From NCBI GenBank assembly GCA_003990765.1, contig RBNJ01000322.1, positions 1 to 33,154 on the forward strand: a stretch of DNA of 33,154 nucleotides, given 5' to 3'. Positions 31,834 to 33,154 of the stretch are shown piece after piece (within the stretch, counting starts at the first letter, position 1; every line of letters begins with the position of its first letter). A program made the position numbers and the translations under genes. The notes under the pieces were generated by a model. It was not told where the DNA came from, ran no database searches, and was given only the letters and a program-made list of their open reading frames with translations. This stretch comes from Jimgerdemannia flammicorona. Its lineage: Eukaryota.

Positions 31834-32887
31834 GGGGCAAGACGGGCAAAACAATACAGGCAAGATGGGCAACACGGGCAACACGGGTAACACGGGCAAC
31901 ACGGGCAACACAGGCAAGACAGGCAAGATGACAAGATGGGCGACATGGGCAAGACAGGCAAAACCGGCAAAATGACACAGGCAAGACAGGCAAGACAGGC
32001 AAGATGGGCAAAACGGGCAAAACGTGCAAGATGGGCAACACGGGCAAGACGGCAAGACAGGCGACATGAGCAAGATGGACAACATGGGCAAGATGGGCAA
32101 AATGGGCAACATGGGCAACATGGGCAAGATGGCAAGATGGGTGACATGGGCAAGACGGGCAAAATGGGCAAAACGACAGGGCAAGACTGGCAAAGCGGGC
32201 AAGATGGGCAACACGGACAAGACAAGATGGGTGACATGGGCAAGATGGGAAAAAAGGGCAAAACGACAGGCAAGACGGGCAAGACGGGTAATACGGGCAA
32301 GAAGGGCAAGACGGGCAAGACAGCAAGATGGGCAACATGGGCAAGACAGGCAAAACGGGCAAAACGACATGGGCAAGACAGGCAAAACGGGCAAGATGGG
32401 CAAAACGGGCAAAACGAGCAAGACGGGCATAACGGGCAAGACAGACATAATGGGCAAAATGGGCAAGATGGGCAACATGGGCAAGACGGCAAGACGGGCA
32501 ACATGGGCAAGACAGGCAAAACGGGCAAAACGACATGGGCAAGACCGGCAAAACGGGCAAGATGGGCAACATGGGTAAGACAAGACAAGCAACATGGGCA
32601 AGACAGGCAAAATGGGCAAAATGACAGGCAAGACGGGCAAGATGGGCAAGACGGACAAGGTGGGTAACACAGGCATGACAGGCAAGACGGGCAAGACGGC
32701 AAGTCAGGCGACATGGGCAAGACGGGCAAAATGAGCAAAACGACATAGGCAAGACGCAGGTAACATGGGCAAGACAGGCAAGACGGGCAAGACAGCAAGA
32801 TGGGCGACATGGGCAAGACAGGCAAAATGGGAAAAATGACATGGGCAACCGGACAACTGGGCAAGATGGGCAAGATGGGCAAGATGG
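31834..32887. repeat. ~1.05-kb minisatellite of 9-bp units (ACG/ATG/ACA)GGCAA(G/A/C) with 8- and 14-bp variants and higher-order blocks
   Basis: Directly visible. It produces low-complexity ORFs in several frames on both strands. Confidence 0.95.
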
Positions 32888-33154
32888 GGAGGCACTAATA
32901 GGGGTAGGTCAGGTGCACTAGATGCCAAGTACTTGAGGTGGTTGGGGCTCACAACCCATACCCACTCTTGGGTGGGGCAGACTGGGTAGGAGGATCTAGT
33001 TACTTGGGCAGTGAGGTCGCAACTCACATCCTAAAGGTGCTTAGATTGTTATTGGTTTGGAAATTGTAGTGTGAGAGTAGGGTGGGGTGAGATGCAGAAT
33101 GTGGCTGCTGGTATGGCATGAGGATTTTAGATAGTTAATAAATGGGGCTCTGGC

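Noticed and set aside
29360..32887. Repeats as a CRISPR-like array
   Set aside because: Eukaryotic context, no constant repeat with unique spacers, and no cas genes.
31804..33027. Long minus-strand ORFs (LPVLPI / CPSCP repeats, up to 356 aa)
   Set aside because: These are translations of the 9-bp satellite. They are open in several frames at once and contain no unique domain.

Overview
This is eukaryotic, intron-rich genomic DNA with GT-AG introns. The gene set (intron-containing Era, complex I NDUFA5, fungal-type SLA2 and OXP1) suggests a fungus, probably early-diverging or Mucoromycota-like; that placement is inference. Bases 1-26.2 kb are gene-dense. They contain URB2 (runs off the left edge), a mitochondrial-type Era GTPase, mitoribosomal uS7 with a 10x ANDL coding repeat, a SET/MYND methyltransferase, an Rcf2/3-like protein, SLA2/END4, TMEM256/DUF423, NDUFA5, a 22-exon 5-oxoprolinase with micro-exons, and a DUF2985 protein. 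A short poly(T)/hairpin insertion flanked by a 15-bp target-site duplication lies downstream of NDUFA5. From about 26.3 kb the window decays. It holds a lipocalin pseudogene, tandem duplications whose copies differ by complementary CpG>TpG/CpA changes, 1.8 kb without a single CpG, and a ~1 kb 9-bp GGGCAA-core minisatellite whose variants carry the same mutational signature. The most notable signal is this repeat-associated C>T hypermutation (RIP-like or methylation-driven). I found no complete novel multi-gene system that I can support.
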